Shown piece by piece: positions 63,244 through 64,000 of a DNA stretch of 64,000 nt. Position 1 is the first letter of the stretch; the number at the start of each line of letters is the position of its first letter. The DNA lies in the NCBI GenBank assembly GCA_018436785.1, contig JAHDKR010000021.1, positions 22,835 through 86,834 of the forward strand. The letters are read 5' to 3'. The notes below the pieces were generated by a model. That model was not told the DNA's origin, ran no database searches, and was given only the letters and a program-made list of their open reading frames with translations. This stretch comes from Synergistaceae bacterium. GTDB lineage: Bacteria > Synergistota > Synergistia > Synergistales > Aminobacteriaceae. The translations under genes were made by a program, and so were the position numbers.

Positions 63244-64000
63244 CTACATCCCTTCAAGTTTCGTCCCGGGAAAGTAGAACGAAAGAATCTTTTTAAAATC
63301 CCACCCTTGGTCTGCAAGCGCCTTCGCCCCCCACTGGGAGAGTCCGACGCCATGCCCCCACCCCTTGCCCCGGAAAAGAAACCTGCCGGAAGCCGTACCG
63401 ACGGGTTGCGGTTGGGGCTGTACAGGGATACCGGGACGTACAGTACGCAGTGCACGGATAAGGTACCCCTTTCGCTTTTCAGGGTTGAGCAACATATCCA
63501 TCAGCTCTTCAGCGTTGAAAACCCCTTGCTCTGTAAGATCGGTCAGTTGTCGTTCTTCCGCCGCGCTCATCGGCGTCAGCGACGTGGGGACGCCCGTTCC
63601 TGGGGGAGGCGAAGGGGGAACAGGCTTCGGCTGAGAAAGCGAAGCAAGGGGAATAGGAGCCGAAGAGGAGGATGCTGCGGACGAGATGGAAAAGAGCGTA
63701 CTCCTGATCACATTGCTCCCTGCGGCCATACGGAAGCTGTGACTCTTGAGCGTCTTGCTCCCGCTCGTCCCGATGGCGCGGAGCGTTGTTGGCCTGCCGA
63801 ACGGATCCGACTGCTCCACCCGAAGCTCCTGAAGACGCCCTACGTTCACTCCTGCAGAACGAAGAGCGTCCTCAACCTGGGCCGCTGAAAGACTGGCTTC
63901 CCATGTTGAATGCGGAGACTCCGTCTGAAAATCTTCATTGACACCCTTGAGATACGGCATGTTTCCGCCCCACACCGTCGTCACATCGGCAGTCGCTCCC
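63244..64000 (-). CDS. SpoIID/LytB-domain protein (C-terminal part; 5' end outside window)
   Basis: The frame stays open to the window edge. C-terminal signature FRGKGWGHGVGLSQWGAKALA, preceded by a low-complexity insertion. Confidence 0.8.
   Translation of the reverse strand, partial: GATADVTTVWGGNMPYLKGVNEDFQTESPHSTWEASLSAAQVEDALRSAGVNVGRLQELRVEQSDPFGRPTTLRAIGTSGSKTLKSHSFRMAAGSNVIRSTLFSISSAASSSSAPIPLASLSQPKPVPPSPPPGTGVPTSLTPMSAAEERQLTDLTEQGVFNAEELMDMLLNPEKRKGYLIRALRTVRPGIPVQPQPQPVGTASGRFLFRGKGWGHGVGLSQWGAKALADQGWDFKKILSFYFPGTKLEGM

Overview
This window is almost entirely core, densely packed housekeeping DNA. I found no transposases, integrases, CRISPR arrays, toxin-antitoxin pairs or defence-like islands. 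Gene content and synteny are Firmicutes-like (rplU-prp-rpmA-obg, xseB-ispA-dxs-tlyA-nadK-recN, rapZ-yvcK-whiA, LCP, SpoIID). They sit alongside a V-type ATPase and 2-oxoacid:ferredoxin oxidoreductase, which would fit a Synergistota-like or related anaerobe; that assignment is an unverified inference.

Plus-strand block (1 to 41.9 kb): korABC, rlmD, tRNA-Gly(CCC), and a nine-gene V-type ATPase operon (G/H-I-K-E-C-F-A-B-D). Next come one minus-strand orphan cheR, RNase P RNA, and a complete dcw cluster (mraZ-rsmH-ftsL-ftsI-murE-murF-mraY-murD-ftsW-murG-murC-ftsQ-ftsA-ftsZ). After those are a SPOR protein, the molybdenum-cofactor genes (moeA, a moeA-PBP fusion, moaA, moaC, a mogA fusion), rapZ-yvcK-whiA and pgk-tpiA.

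Minus-strand block (42 to 64 kb): rsfS, an LCP protein, nadD, obg, rpmA-prp-rplU, recN, nadK, tlyA, dxs, ispA, xseB, thiamine pyrophosphokinase, ftsK and tldD. It continues with a small unknown ORF, mltG, a two-gene AmmeMemoRadiSam module, queA and a partial spoIID. The only plus-strand gene in this block is rpmB.

Most notable observations:
- A 28-bp dif-like Xer site lies exactly at the convergence of the two orientation blocks, making it a candidate replication terminus.
- The function-unknown AmmeMemoRadiSam module has a fused LigB/Memo-like-AMMECR1 protein.
- GTGGG boxes phased at 10 bp lie in front of mraZ.
- The V-ATPase K subunit carries a complete Na+-binding signature.
- Several domain fusions or extensions occur (MoeA-PBP, unknown domain-MogA-HHHH, membrane-anchored YvcK, SpoIID insertion).

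Nothing here looks to me like a clearly new multi-gene system. The interest scores are correspondingly moderate.
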